Made by a program: the position numbers and the translations under genes
Assembly: GCA_946186275.1 (NCBI GenBank)
Contig: CAMHMO010000004.1
Location: 20,616 to 84,615 of the forward strand
Source: an uncultured Verrucomicrobiota bacterium
Lineage (GTDB): Bacteria > Verrucomicrobiota > Verrucomicrobiia > Opitutales > UBA9783
Direction: 5' to 3'
Length of the DNA stretch: 64,000 nucleotides
Notes under the pieces: generated by a model
The model's database searches: none
What the model was told of the DNA's origin: nothing
What the model saw: only the letters and a program-made list of their open reading frames with translations
Shown here: positions 54,541 through 63,296 of the stretch, piece after piece
How positions within the stretch are numbered: position 1 is the stretch's first letter
Layout: every line of letters begins with the position of its first letter

Positions 54541-54754
54541 GATATTTTTCGTTGTTTGGTTTCCCGAAACGTTGTTGCGCAAACGGAACCGTTCCGTTGC
54601 CTGCGGTAACATTCGAAGGTATTTCATACATCGGTCGAGATTTAAAAATTTATCAAAAAATAATTTTTTATTTTATACGTATCGACCGTAAGCGATGTTT
54701 TTCACGAAAATAATTGCGACGGCGGCGTTTCTTTGTTCCTTTGGAAGCAAGACG

Positions 54755-55249
54755 ATGGCGAAGATTGATTTGGAGGTGGTGAAGCGCATTTTGAAGCGCG
54801 CGGATTTGGAAAGTTCCGTCATGAGCGAGATTTTGGGCGAACTGCAATCGGCGGTGGCGGATGCGGCGTCGGAAGCCGACGAGCCGAAGGTTGCCCCCGA
54901 AAAGAAACAATTCATCATCGTGGTTGCCGATAACGACGGTTTATTAACGGACAAAGAGATGGTTGGTTGGGTGTTGCAGTTGCCGGAGGAAGACGACATG
55001 ACATCGGTGTCGGAAAAGTTGCTGAAAACCGCCAAGTCGTTTAATTTAAGCAAAAAGGGGCGAAAGCATCCGGTGGAGACGCTCGGTGAGTTGTGTGAAT
55101 ACGTACCGTCGCGCATTTTTAAAGAGCAAAAGTTGTCGTTAAAGACCAAAGTCCCCGTGTTGGTGGTGCCGATGGCGAATGCGTTGGAATTGGATGCGGT
55201 TTCGCAATCCAAAAGGACGTTGGACGACAATGATGCGGAGGCGTTTTGA
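54755..55249 (+). CDS. Small acidic hypothetical protein
   Basis: 164 aa from the ATG at 54755 (MAKIDLEVVKRIL) and D/E-rich. It is divergent from the effector-like gene pair. I recognise no family. Confidence 0.5.
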   Translation: MAKIDLEVVKRILKRADLESSVMSEILGELQSAVADAASEADEPKVAPEKKQFIIVVADNDGLLTDKEMVGWVLQLPEEDDMTSVSEKLLKTAKSFNLSKKGRKHPVETLGELCEYVPSRIFKEQKLSLKTKVPVLVVPMANALELDAVSQSKRTLDDNDAEAF

Positions 55250-55291
55250 GAAAACCTGTCTTTGAGATTGAATTTTTAAAACATAAACATC

Positions 55292-56050
55292 ATGGAAGAA
55301 GCGAATTGCGAAAAAAACAAAGCCTGCGGTTGCGGCGATGACTGCGAATGTAACTGTTGCGACTGCGGCTGCTGTTGCGAGATGAGCGCGCCGACGTCTT
55401 TGGTTGGGCGGAAAGCGCCGTGTTTTACGGCTCCCGCCGTGTTGGAAGGTACGGAGGTTGTTGAGCATTTTTCTCTGTCAAAGTATTTGGGGCGGAAGTA
55501 CATTGTACTGTTCTTCTACCCGAAAGATTTCACCTTCGTTTGCCCGACCGAACTGCACGCGTTCCAAGATGCCCTGCCGGAATTCGACAAGCGCAACACG
55601 CATGTGATTGCCTGTTCGACCGATACCGTCGAGAGCCATTATGCGTGGCTGCAACAGGCGAAGTCGCAGGGCGGTGTGAAGGGCATCATCTTTCCGATGG
55701 TTTCGGATGTGAATAAAACCATCGCCGCGCGTTACGGCGTACTCTCGGGAACGTATTACATCGAAGACGGAGAATTGAAGACCTGCCATTTCGATGCCGA
55801 CGGCGAGTGCCGGGAAGGCGGCACATTGGTGGCGTATCGCGGGCTGTTTCTGATTGATAAAAAGGGAATTGTTCAACACCAGGTGGTCAACAATATGCCC
55901 CTGGGACGTTCCGTGCAGGAAACCCTGCGCATGATCGACGCCCTGCAACACTTCGAGCAATACGGCGAAGTTTGTCCCATTGATTGGCACAAAGGTAATG
56001 CCGCCATGAAGCCCGATGCGGATGGATTAAAAGGATATTTTTCGAAGTAA
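55292..56050 (+). CDS. ahpC: 2-Cys peroxiredoxin (AhpC/Prx1 type) with a Cys-rich N-terminal extension
   Basis: It has FFYPKDFTFVCPTE (peroxidatic Cys) and a C-terminal GEVCP (resolving Cys). It is preceded in frame by MEEANCEKNKACGCGDDCECNCCDCGCCCE. Confidence 0.85.
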   Translation: MEEANCEKNKACGCGDDCECNCCDCGCCCEMSAPTSLVGRKAPCFTAPAVLEGTEVVEHFSLSKYLGRKYIVLFFYPKDFTFVCPTELHAFQDALPEFDKRNTHVIACSTDTVESHYAWLQQAKSQGGVKGIIFPMVSDVNKTIAARYGVLSGTYYIEDGELKTCHFDADGECREGGTLVAYRGLFLIDKKGIVQHQVVNNMPLGRSVQETLRMIDALQHFEQYGEVCPIDWHKGNAAMKPDADGLKGYFSK

Positions 56051-56324
56051 GTCTGTTGCGGAGACCATCGAAGGGCGTTGATAAAACAATGTGCTTCGAT
56101 GATTTATCCATGCAGGCGGGTAGTGTTTTTGTCGTTTTGCCTCGTATTGTACGGGTGACGGTTGGGGTGTGCGCCTCCGCTCGTTTGTGTAACCCGACCG
56201 CGGGTGATTGTTGGTGTATTGTAGCGAAGCGGGTTCGTTAAAAAAACGGCGCGGTTTTATAAATTGCGCGGGGTTCTTTTACGTTTGAACACAGCCGTGT
56301 GAGATGAGAAAGTAAGATCATCTC

Positions 56325-58724
56325 ATGGCGTTTCCTCCTTCACCTCCATCGGATGCCGAAGCGCGGCGGCGATTTCGGGTTGAGATTGATAAAGACTTTT
56401 CGGTCACGGCTCCGGCGGGCGTCGGGAAAACGCATGCGCTGGTTGAACGCATTGCGATCCTGGCGGAGTTGCAACCGCAGCGTTTGCCGGGATTGGTGGT
56501 TATTACTTATACCAAAAAAGCCGCCAATTCCCTCAAACAACGCGTATATGAACGGTTGCGATACGGCGACGATGTTGTCCGTACGCTGTTAGACCAAAGC
56601 TTTTTCGGAACCATCCACTCCTTTTGTTGGCAACTGATCCAAAAAATCGAAGAAACGCCCTATGAATTATTAAAGGACGATACCGATGTACGGGAGCAGT
56701 TTTTGGCGTCTTTAAATTTGGAAGAGCCCGATTTTGCGTGTTTTCGAAATCTGTTTCGTTTCCTGGACGTCGATGAACTTTTGGATGTCGTAAAGAGCGA
56801 CGGGTCGGCAACCGATGGTACGGACGACATAACGGGCGAAGGCGTCTGCACCGTCGATCTGTCGGAAATTTTCAATTTTCAACCGAAACGAAAAGATCCG
56901 CGGGTACTTAAAAATATCGAGGCAACAAAGAAAATCCTTCGACAGTGGTTATCCGTTTATCAAAACACGCAACGACCGTTGGAATTGCCCGCGTGCGAAA
57001 AAGGCGGAAAGGATTTTGAGAACATTTTTTTTGAAACCTTTCGTCCGTTTTATCAGCAATTACATGCGGAAGCAACGGCGTGCGGTCGGTTGTTGCAACA
57101 ACGTTATTCAGAATTTCGGCGCGAATACGGTTATCTCACGTATGATGATTGTGTTGTGTTTGCGCAACGCATTTTGGAAACCGATGAAGCAAAGACGTTT
57201 TATCAAAAGAAACCGCTGTATATTCTCCTGGACGAAGCGCAGGACACCGATCGCGCGCAGTTTCGTTTCCTGCAAACACTGATTGCCCTGCATCCGGGCA
57301 ACCGCTTTTCGATGGTCGGCGATCCGCAACAGTCTATTTACGGTACTCGGGCGGATGTTCGGGATTATGTGGAGCTTCATCAATCTCTTGTGCAGTCGAA
57401 ACGTTGCGAGGAGCTTGTTTTTTCGGAAACCTTCCGCTGCTCGCCGACGGTTGTGTCCGAATTGAATGCGCGCTTCCCGAAGATTTTCAACGATCCGAAG
57501 CAGGTTGAATATGTCCCGTTGCATTCGTCCGTTGGGCACAACGGTTGCGTGAAGGAAATCACGGTTCCGTACGAAAGCGAAACAGGGGAAGTTGCCAAAG
57601 AGGATGCGGTTGCGCTTGAAGCGCGTGTGCTGTCGAATTTTTTAACCGCTTATCTGCAACAACATCCGCGCGATTTATCCGACATTTGCATTTTATCGCC
57701 GCGCAACGACTGGTTGCGGGAGTTAAAGGAACCTTTGGAAACGTTCGGTTGGAAGCTGCAACTGCATTCGGAGCCGACGACTGGGCGCGACAATGCGCTG
57801 TTTTGTAACATCCTTGCCGCAATCCATTGCATCAACTTTCCGCAGGATACGTTCGAAGAAGCGGGCTTGCTCCGTGAAACTTTCGGTTGTTCCGATGAAG
57901 CGTTGGTGTATGTGTTTAATCCCGATCGGGTGCGTCGGACAAACGATGCGGAGCCGTTAAAAGGCGATTGTTCGGAAGAGCGCTGGCAGGGCGCGTCGAC
58001 GATTGACGACCTTTTCGGCGAGCAATCGTCATTCGCCTTGGAACGACAGACAAACTTTGTATTGTCGACGGGTGCGCATCGGGGAAGCCCGTTACAGAAT
58101 ATCTTACAATTCCCACCAAACGCTCACATAACGGGCGAAGTCAAAGCCGCGCAAAATGTACGGCGTCGTTGGCGGAAAACATTGGAAGAAATTTCGGAGC
58201 AGTCGCTGTGTGCCGGAACGGCGCGATTGATTGAATTTTTTAGGGCATTGGTCCCGCCGATGCCGACGGATGCGTATTTTGAAGAGATTTTACTTGAAAC
58301 GGCATTTCAAACACAACAAGTCGGGCAGTCTTGGTTGGCGTTGGAACGGCGTTTTCGGGCGCATTTAAACGAAAAAGCCGAAACGGAAGAGAAAATTCAG
58401 TCGGATGCGTTGCAGGGATTTTCGTGCCACAAAGCGAAGGGGTTGGAATGGAAGACGGTTGTTATGCCGTTTTTTGACCGCCCCGTTCGGTATCAAACAC
58501 CGCATTACCCCTGCGTGTACCGCGGGCGAATTTTGTGGAACAAAAAGGATGCCGAATGTTCGGAGCTCGCTTCCGATCGTCGACGCGAACTACAACGCTT
58601 ATTGTACGTTGCCTGCACGCGTACAAAGGAGGATTTGGTTCTTATGCGCGATGACGCGCTTTGGGGGAAGAGAGATGTCGGTGTGTCGTTGGGGGATTTG
58701 TACGATGCTTCGTGTGAAGTGTAG
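56325..58724 (+). CDS. UvrD/Rep/AddA-family superfamily 1 helicase
   Basis: 799 aa. Motif I is APAGVGKTH and Ia is TYTKKAA. It also has FGTIHSFC, motif II LLDEAQDTD, motif III VGDPQQSIY, FRCSP, and motifs V-VI HKAKGLEW...YVACTRTKEDL. No nuclease domain is visible. Confidence 0.8.
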   Translation: MAFPPSPPSDAEARRRFRVEIDKDFSVTAPAGVGKTHALVERIAILAELQPQRLPGLVVITYTKKAANSLKQRVYERLRYGDDVVRTLLDQSFFGTIHSFCWQLIQKIEETPYELLKDDTDVREQFLASLNLEEPDFACFRNLFRFLDVDELLDVVKSDGSATDGTDDITGEGVCTVDLSEIFNFQPKRKDPRVLKNIEATKKILRQWLSVYQNTQRPLELPACEKGGKDFENIFFETFRPFYQQLHAEATACGRLLQQRYSEFRREYGYLTYDDCVVFAQRILETDEAKTFYQKKPLYILLDEAQDTDRAQFRFLQTLIALHPGNRFSMVGDPQQSIYGTRADVRDYVELHQSLVQSKRCEELVFSETFRCSPTVVSELNARFPKIFNDPKQVEYVPLHSSVGHNGCVKEITVPYESETGEVAKEDAVALEARVLSNFLTAYLQQHPRDLSDICILSPRNDWLRELKEPLETFGWKLQLHSEPTTGRDNALFCNILAAIHCINFPQDTFEEAGLLRETFGCSDEALVYVFNPDRVRRTNDAEPLKGDCSEERWQGASTIDDLFGEQSSFALERQTNFVLSTGAHRGSPLQNILQFPPNAHITGEVKAAQNVRRRWRKTLEEISEQSLCAGTARLIEFFRALVPPMPTDAYFEEILLETAFQTQQVGQSWLALERRFRAHLNEKAETEEKIQSDALQGFSCHKAKGLEWKTVVMPFFDRPVRYQTPHYPCVYRGRILWNKKDAECSELASDRRRELQRLLYVACTRTKEDLVLMRDDALWGKRDVGVSLGDLYDASCEV

Positions 58725-58781
58725 GTAGTTTGAAAGCATCCGATATTTGCGTTTCGTTGTAAAATTCTTTAAATTACAATT

Positions 58782-59123
58782 GTGGATTATAGAAATTTTT
58801 TACAAAAAGCGGAAACTTTTTGCGGGCAATACGGTTTGACGTTGGCGCAGGCGGTATGCATTTTGTCGGCAATTGTCGGACTGGTATGTTTTTTAAGGCG
58901 TTTTCGTTTAAGCCGAAAATCGCTTTTCTCGCCGCACAAACTGAAAATTTTGGAATCGAAATCGCTCGGTAATCGGCAATTTTTACTGGTCATTTCCTAC
59001 GAAAGCGAGAAATTCCTCCTCGGTGTTTATCCGAACGGCATGCGGTTTTTGTGTAGATTGGGCGCTGATGAAAACGTTGCGGCAAAAACGGAGCCGCCGC
59101 ATCCGAATATACAGACACTTTGA
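58782..59123 (+). CDS. FliO-like small membrane protein (type III export apparatus family)
   Basis: 113 aa with a GTG start. It has a single TM helix followed by a basic patch (AVCILSAIVGLVCFLRRFRLSRK), then LKILESKSLGNRQFLLVISYESEKFLLGVYPNGMRFLCRL, which is colinear with the FliO core (..LKI..S..LG.R..VVVV.V....LVLGVT...I.LL..L). Confidence 0.5.
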   Translation: MDYRNFLQKAETFCGQYGLTLAQAVCILSAIVGLVCFLRRFRLSRKSLFSPHKLKILESKSLGNRQFLLVISYESEKFLLGVYPNGMRFLCRLGADENVAAKTEPPHPNIQTL

Positions 59124-59534
59124 AAAGCCTCGCAAAAAGAAGTGGCGCAAAAAAAACGGCAGGAACGAGTGTTGCGGGTGTCTGCCCTTTTAAAAAAGAT
59201 TGCCGGCATAAGGTACTGCGGATGTTCCATCACCTTAAAAAAAGGAGTATGAAAGAATGAGGTGTTGCTGATGTTTTTGTTCTTTAACAAAGCATATGGG
59301 CGCGAAGTACGGCGACGGTTTTTATCTTTGCAAATAAAATTGGTAAAATAACGGATCACGGGAGCCCCCTTTAAACAGGATAGGGCGGAACGAGTTTCTC
59401 CGAAAAACCGAACGGTGTTACTTCTTCCTGTCGGAGTACTTTTTGTATTTTCTTATGTATTTTTATACGTACGAAGGCGGTGGCTCATTGCTCTTAAACA
59501 AAAATTTTAAAAAAAACGCAAAATTTTAGAAAAT

Positions 59535-59563
59535 TTGTAACTTTTGAGCCGTCTTATTATAAT
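59535..59563 (+). promoter_or_regulatory. Near-consensus sigma70 promoter of the aldolase gene (TTGTAA-17-TATAAT), 6 nt from the ATG
   Basis: The sequence is TTGTAA(59535-59540)-17 nt-TATAAT(59558-59563)-AAAACC-ATG(59570). Confidence 0.5.
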
Positions 59564-59569
59564 AAAACC

Positions 59570-60619
59570 ATGAACAAGCACATTGAACGATTTTTGGAGC
59601 AGGACGGCGGACGGCTGGCAAAGCACGTCTGCAAGACGATTGCAAAAGAGAAATTACAACTGCCGGGAGCGGATTTTATCGAGCGCGTTTGGATGAACAG
59701 CGACCGTTCGAACGCCGTTCTCAATAACATGGCGCGGTTATATCACCACGGGCGTTTGGGCGGAACGGGTTATTTGTCGATTTTGCCGGTCGACCAGGGT
59801 GTGGAACATTCGGCGGGAGCCAGTTTTGCACCGAACCCTGATTATTTTGACCCGGAAAATTTGGTGCGCTTGGCAATGGAGGGCGGTTGCAACGCGATTG
59901 CGTCCACTTACGGCGTCTTATCAGGCGTTTCACGGAAATATGCGCATAAAATTCCGTTCATTGTTAAACTCAATCACAACGAACTTTTAACATACCCGAA
60001 TAAATTCGACCAAATTTACTTTGCCGACGTGGAGCAGGCGTGGGATATGGGAGCGGTTGCGGTCGGCGCGACGATTTACTTCGGTTCGGAAGAATCGAGC
60101 CGTCAAATCGAGGAAACGGCGGCGGCATTTGCCCGTGCGCACGAATTGGGATTGGTGACGATTTTGTGGTGCTATTTAAGGAATTCGGCATTTAAAGCCG
60201 ATAAAAATTACCACACGAGCGCGGATATGACGGGACAGGCGAACCATCTCGGCGCAACGCTCGGCGCGGATATCGTGAAGCAGAAGTTGCCGACGAACAA
60301 CGGCGGTTTTAAGGCGTTGAATTTCGGGAAAACGCACGAAAAGGTTTATTCGGAACTCACGACCGACCATCCGATCGATCTGACGCGCTATCAGGTGGCG
60401 AACGGCTACATGGGGCGTGTCGGTCTGATTAACTCGGGCGGAGCTTCGGGGAAAGATGATTTTCACGATGCCATCGAAACCGCGCTGATCAATAAGCGTG
60501 CCGGCGGAACGGGGCTCATTCTGGGACGGAAAGCCTTCCAGCGACCGTTCAAAGAAGGCATCGAGTTGCTGCACGCGGTTCAGGACGTCTATTTGGAGCC
60601 GTCGATTACCGTGGCTTAG
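59570..60619 (+). CDS. fbaB: Class I fructose-bisphosphate aldolase, DhnA/FbaB family
   Basis: 349 aa. [29 protein letters not shown] and IVKQKLP are typical of the FbaB/DhnA TIM-barrel aldolases. Confidence 0.8.
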   Translation: MNKHIERFLEQDGGRLAKHVCKTIAKEKLQLPGADFIERVWMNSDRSNAVLNNMARLYHHGRLGGTGYLSILPVDQGVEHSAGASFAPNPDYFDPENLVRLAMEGGCNAIASTYGVLSGVSRKYAHKIPFIVKLNHNELLTYPNKFDQIYFADVEQAWDMGAVAVGATIYFGSEESSRQIEETAAAFARAHELGLVTILWCYLRNSAFKADKNYHTSADMTGQANHLGATLGADIVKQKLPTNNGGFKALNFGKTHEKVYSELTTDHPIDLTRYQVANGYMGRVGLINSGGASGKDDFHDAIETALINKRAGGTGLILGRKAFQRPFKEGIELLHAVQDVYLEPSITVA

Positions 60620-60662
60620 AATTTGTTATTCACAGTTTGTTATTGTTTTTCATTGTTATTCG

Positions 60663-60699
60663 CAAAACGGCTGCCGAAAGGCGGTCGTTTTGCGGTTTT
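60663..60699 (+). terminator. Rho-independent terminator after the aldolase gene
   Basis: The hairpin is CAAAACGGCUGCC-GAAA-GGCGGUCGUUUUG (13-bp stem including two G-U pairs, GAAA loop), followed by CGGUUUUA. Confidence 0.5.
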
Positions 60700-60827
60700 A
60701 GAGGGCGTTTTGTCGGATTTTTTAATCGTGCTGGAAACGTTTTAAAGTCACTGTTTTATCCGTTTCAACGATCGTTTTTTAGCGTTGAGATATAGGTCGA
60801 AATCGACGACAATTCCTGTGAGAAGGA

Positions 60828-62579
60828 ATGGTCGAAAAAATGCAACTGAACGGAAGTCGACAAAGGCAGGCAGAACAATTACCGCCGAAAAGGCTTCACG
60901 TTAAAATGGATCATTGCTTCGGGATTGGATATTTGGAGCATACGTTCGATTTTACAAAGGGTAATGTTGTGACCGTCTATGCGCACAACGGTGTCGGCAA
61001 AAGTTCGTTTTGCAAAGCAATGGAGTTGTACGCCGAAGGGCGTACTGAGGAAATTGTGGATGAATTGTACGGAGAAAGACAAAAGGTTCCGACTTTCGGG
61101 TTACTGAAGTATTCAGGATTAACAGATTATTACGGTTCTCAATCTGAATACACCGAACGTTTCATTCCCACTCAAGGCACCATCGAAGTAACGGATGAAG
61201 ACGGTGATGTTGAACCAGAGTGCATAAAAGTATTTGGAAGGAACTTTGACAAAACTTTCTCCGCTGATGGAATGAGAGACGCACTATGGAATGAGGTTGC
61301 TTTTGTGCCGTGTAACGGCATGTCGAATGAATCACATCTTATCAGTTTCGGGACAAAAGTGTTTCAGCAACGGTTTGGAATGCCCGTGTGGTTTCGTACA
61401 TACGAAGAGCGAAAGGGAAACGGTGCCGAGTATAAGCTTTTGTGTGATATTGAAACGACCAAAGATGAATGGGAGCATCCGTTTTCATTTGAGGAATTCC
61501 AAAAAGTCGCAAGCAACGGGGAAAGACGCGCCGTTAACTTTTTGTATTTTTTAACGCAACTGACTGAGTGTGCAATCGAACAGTTGAAGGGCGTTTCAAA
61601 TGCTTCGCTGGATGTGCTGAAAGGCTATGTCATCCTGGATGATATTGCCGATATGTTTGACAGCCGCAATCGGATGGCAATGGTCGAAATTTTAAGAAGT
61701 TTGACGGCAAGAACTCCGAATGTTCGTTGGATCTTTTTTTCTCACAACTATGACGTCTATCGTTATTTATCGAATCGTCTTTGTGTAGCGGAAGGTAATC
61801 GTTTTATTGCAACGAAGCGAACGGAAGGTTCCGAAAATATCGTTACTTTATCGCGTGATTATTATGCGGGCGAGGGCGATCCGTTTCGGAATTGGGCAAA
61901 AAATATCGATAACAAGAAAAAATTCCTTGCGTTAATTCCCTTTATGCGACAGTTGGTTTTATTCACACGAGATGAAGGTTGGAGTACGTCGGACAGTAAA
62001 GACAATCACGCAAAGAACAAGGAAATTTTAACGCATTTGTTGCATTATTTCCCCAACGAGAAAGAAGGAAAAGGTACGGAAGCGATTACCGTCGAAGAAA
62101 TTGTCGGGATCTTTAAAAACTACATCGATTTTGATGAAAGCAAAATAAATTTCAGGGATCGAACCGTATTTGATTTGTTGTTGGATACGTGCAATACGAT
62201 TGTCGAAACGAAAGAAGAAGCGCAGGATAACGAGAAAGTACTGCGGGTAACCGAAATTGATTTGGTCAATAAGGTTGTTTTGGCAATTGGGATCCGTTTA
62301 TTGGCGGAAAAATATATGTTGGAGAGAGGTGCAACAGCCGGCGGGAACTCCAACCGTACGTATGCGTTATACGATTCTTTTGTGAAGAAATACGGAAATA
62401 ACAATCTTCAACCAGTAGATATGCTTTTTAAATTAAGCTGTTGTGTACCTTTTCTCCCCGATTTTATCCACATGAATTCCTTTCACTACGAACCGTTGAT
62501 GGATTTGGAGGGAACGGAGTTGGCAGGGTACTACCGATATTTCAAAACATTAACAGAGGCAGAGAACGAGCATGCATAA
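60828..62579 (+). CDS. PrrC/RloC-like (AAA_13-type) ABC ATPase with a putative C-terminal nuclease region
   Basis: 583 aa. It has Walker A YAHNGVGKSS, the signature-like SNGERRAVNFLYFL, Walker B YVILDDIADMFDSRN and the H-loop FFSHNYDVY. The C-terminus has IRLLAEKYM (R-x3-E) and FIHMNSFHYEP. Confidence 0.7.
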   Translation: MVEKMQLNGSRQRQAEQLPPKRLHVKMDHCFGIGYLEHTFDFTKGNVVTVYAHNGVGKSSFCKAMELYAEGRTEEIVDELYGERQKVPTFGLLKYSGLTDYYGSQSEYTERFIPTQGTIEVTDEDGDVEPECIKVFGRNFDKTFSADGMRDALWNEVAFVPCNGMSNESHLISFGTKVFQQRFGMPVWFRTYEERKGNGAEYKLLCDIETTKDEWEHPFSFEEFQKVASNGERRAVNFLYFLTQLTECAIEQLKGVSNASLDVLKGYVILDDIADMFDSRNRMAMVEILRSLTARTPNVRWIFFSHNYDVYRYLSNRLCVAEGNRFIATKRTEGSENIVTLSRDYYAGEGDPFRNWAKNIDNKKKFLALIPFMRQLVLFTRDEGWSTSDSKDNHAKNKEILTHLLHYFPNEKEGKGTEAITVEEIVGIFKNYIDFDESKINFRDRTVFDLLLDTCNTIVETKEEAQDNEKVLRVTEIDLVNKVVLAIGIRLLAEKYMLERGATAGGNSNRTYALYDSFVKKYGNNNLQPVDMLFKLSCCVPFLPDFIHMNSFHYEPLMDLEGTELAGYYRYFKTLTEAENEHA

Positions 62580-62702
62580 GCAGAGGTGCACTGTAAAGTA
62601 CGATTGGAAAAACAGAAATATCCCGGATGTCCTGCCTGTATGTGTAATTTCATTATAACAGTAAGGTTGCTCTTTACCGGCACAAATCACCATGCCCCAT
62701 CT

Positions 62703-62778
62703 CTGGCGGGGAAAGCGGGACTCGAACCCGCGACCTACGGTTTAGAAAACCGCAGCTCTATCCGCTGAGCTACTTCCC
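62703..62778 (-). tRNA. tRNA-Arg (anticodon UCU), CCA encoded
   Basis: I folded the reverse complement by hand. The acceptor stem is GGGGAAG/UUUCCCC. The D arm is GCUC..GAGC. The anticodon arm is GCGGU-UUUCUAA-ACCGU. The T arm is GCGGG-UUCGAGU-CCCGC, followed by G and CCA. Confidence 0.85.
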
Positions 62779-62821
62779 CGCAATTTCAACACCGATCTCA
62801 AAAAAACGATATCGGCAAAAA

Positions 62822-62896
62822 CTGGTGCCGGGGAGTGGATTTGAACCACCGACCAAAGGCTTATGAGTCCTCTGCTCTGCCGCTGAGCTACCCCGG
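62822..62896 (-). tRNA. tRNA with CAU anticodon (elongator Met, or Ile2 if lysidine-modified), CCA encoded
   Basis: The reverse complement is GCCGGGGUAGCUCAGCGGCAGAGCAGAGGACUCAUAAGCCUUUGGUCGGUGGUUCAAAUCCACUCCCCGGCACCA. G1-C72 is paired and there is no GGG/CCC in the anticodon stem, so it is not an initiator. Confidence 0.8.
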
Positions 62897-63296
62897 CGGG
62901 CAACAGCTTTATTATTTCTTACGTCGTTGAAAGGTCAAGAGAAATAGGGGGTTATTTGGCGGATACTATGTGTCGGCGGGAAGCAGATGTTGCGTGCATA
63001 TTTTGGGAAAGATCCGAAATTTTAAACAAACGGAGCGCTTATGTAGACAGATATGCTCCGAGTTAGAGGGGTTAAAAAGAAGTTGAAGCACTTATAGAAC
63101 GATGATAACGGATTTTAAGTCGAGGAGGATGTGCCGAAACCGCCGTTCGCCTGTTCGGCTCCCTTTTGTTACGAAATGCGCCGTTCCGTTGAACGGGCGA
63201 TGTTCAACAGTCGCCTTCCTTCAGCATTTTTTGAGCATCTCCCGTGGTAACTACCTGCAAGTATAGCGTACTTATGTTTCCCGAAACCCGTTGTGT

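Noticed and set aside
62586-62768. 60-aa plus-strand ORF after the PrrC-like gene, considered as a partner or immunity gene.
   Set aside because: It overlaps the tRNA-Arg gene on the opposite strand, has no start context and has an implausible composition.
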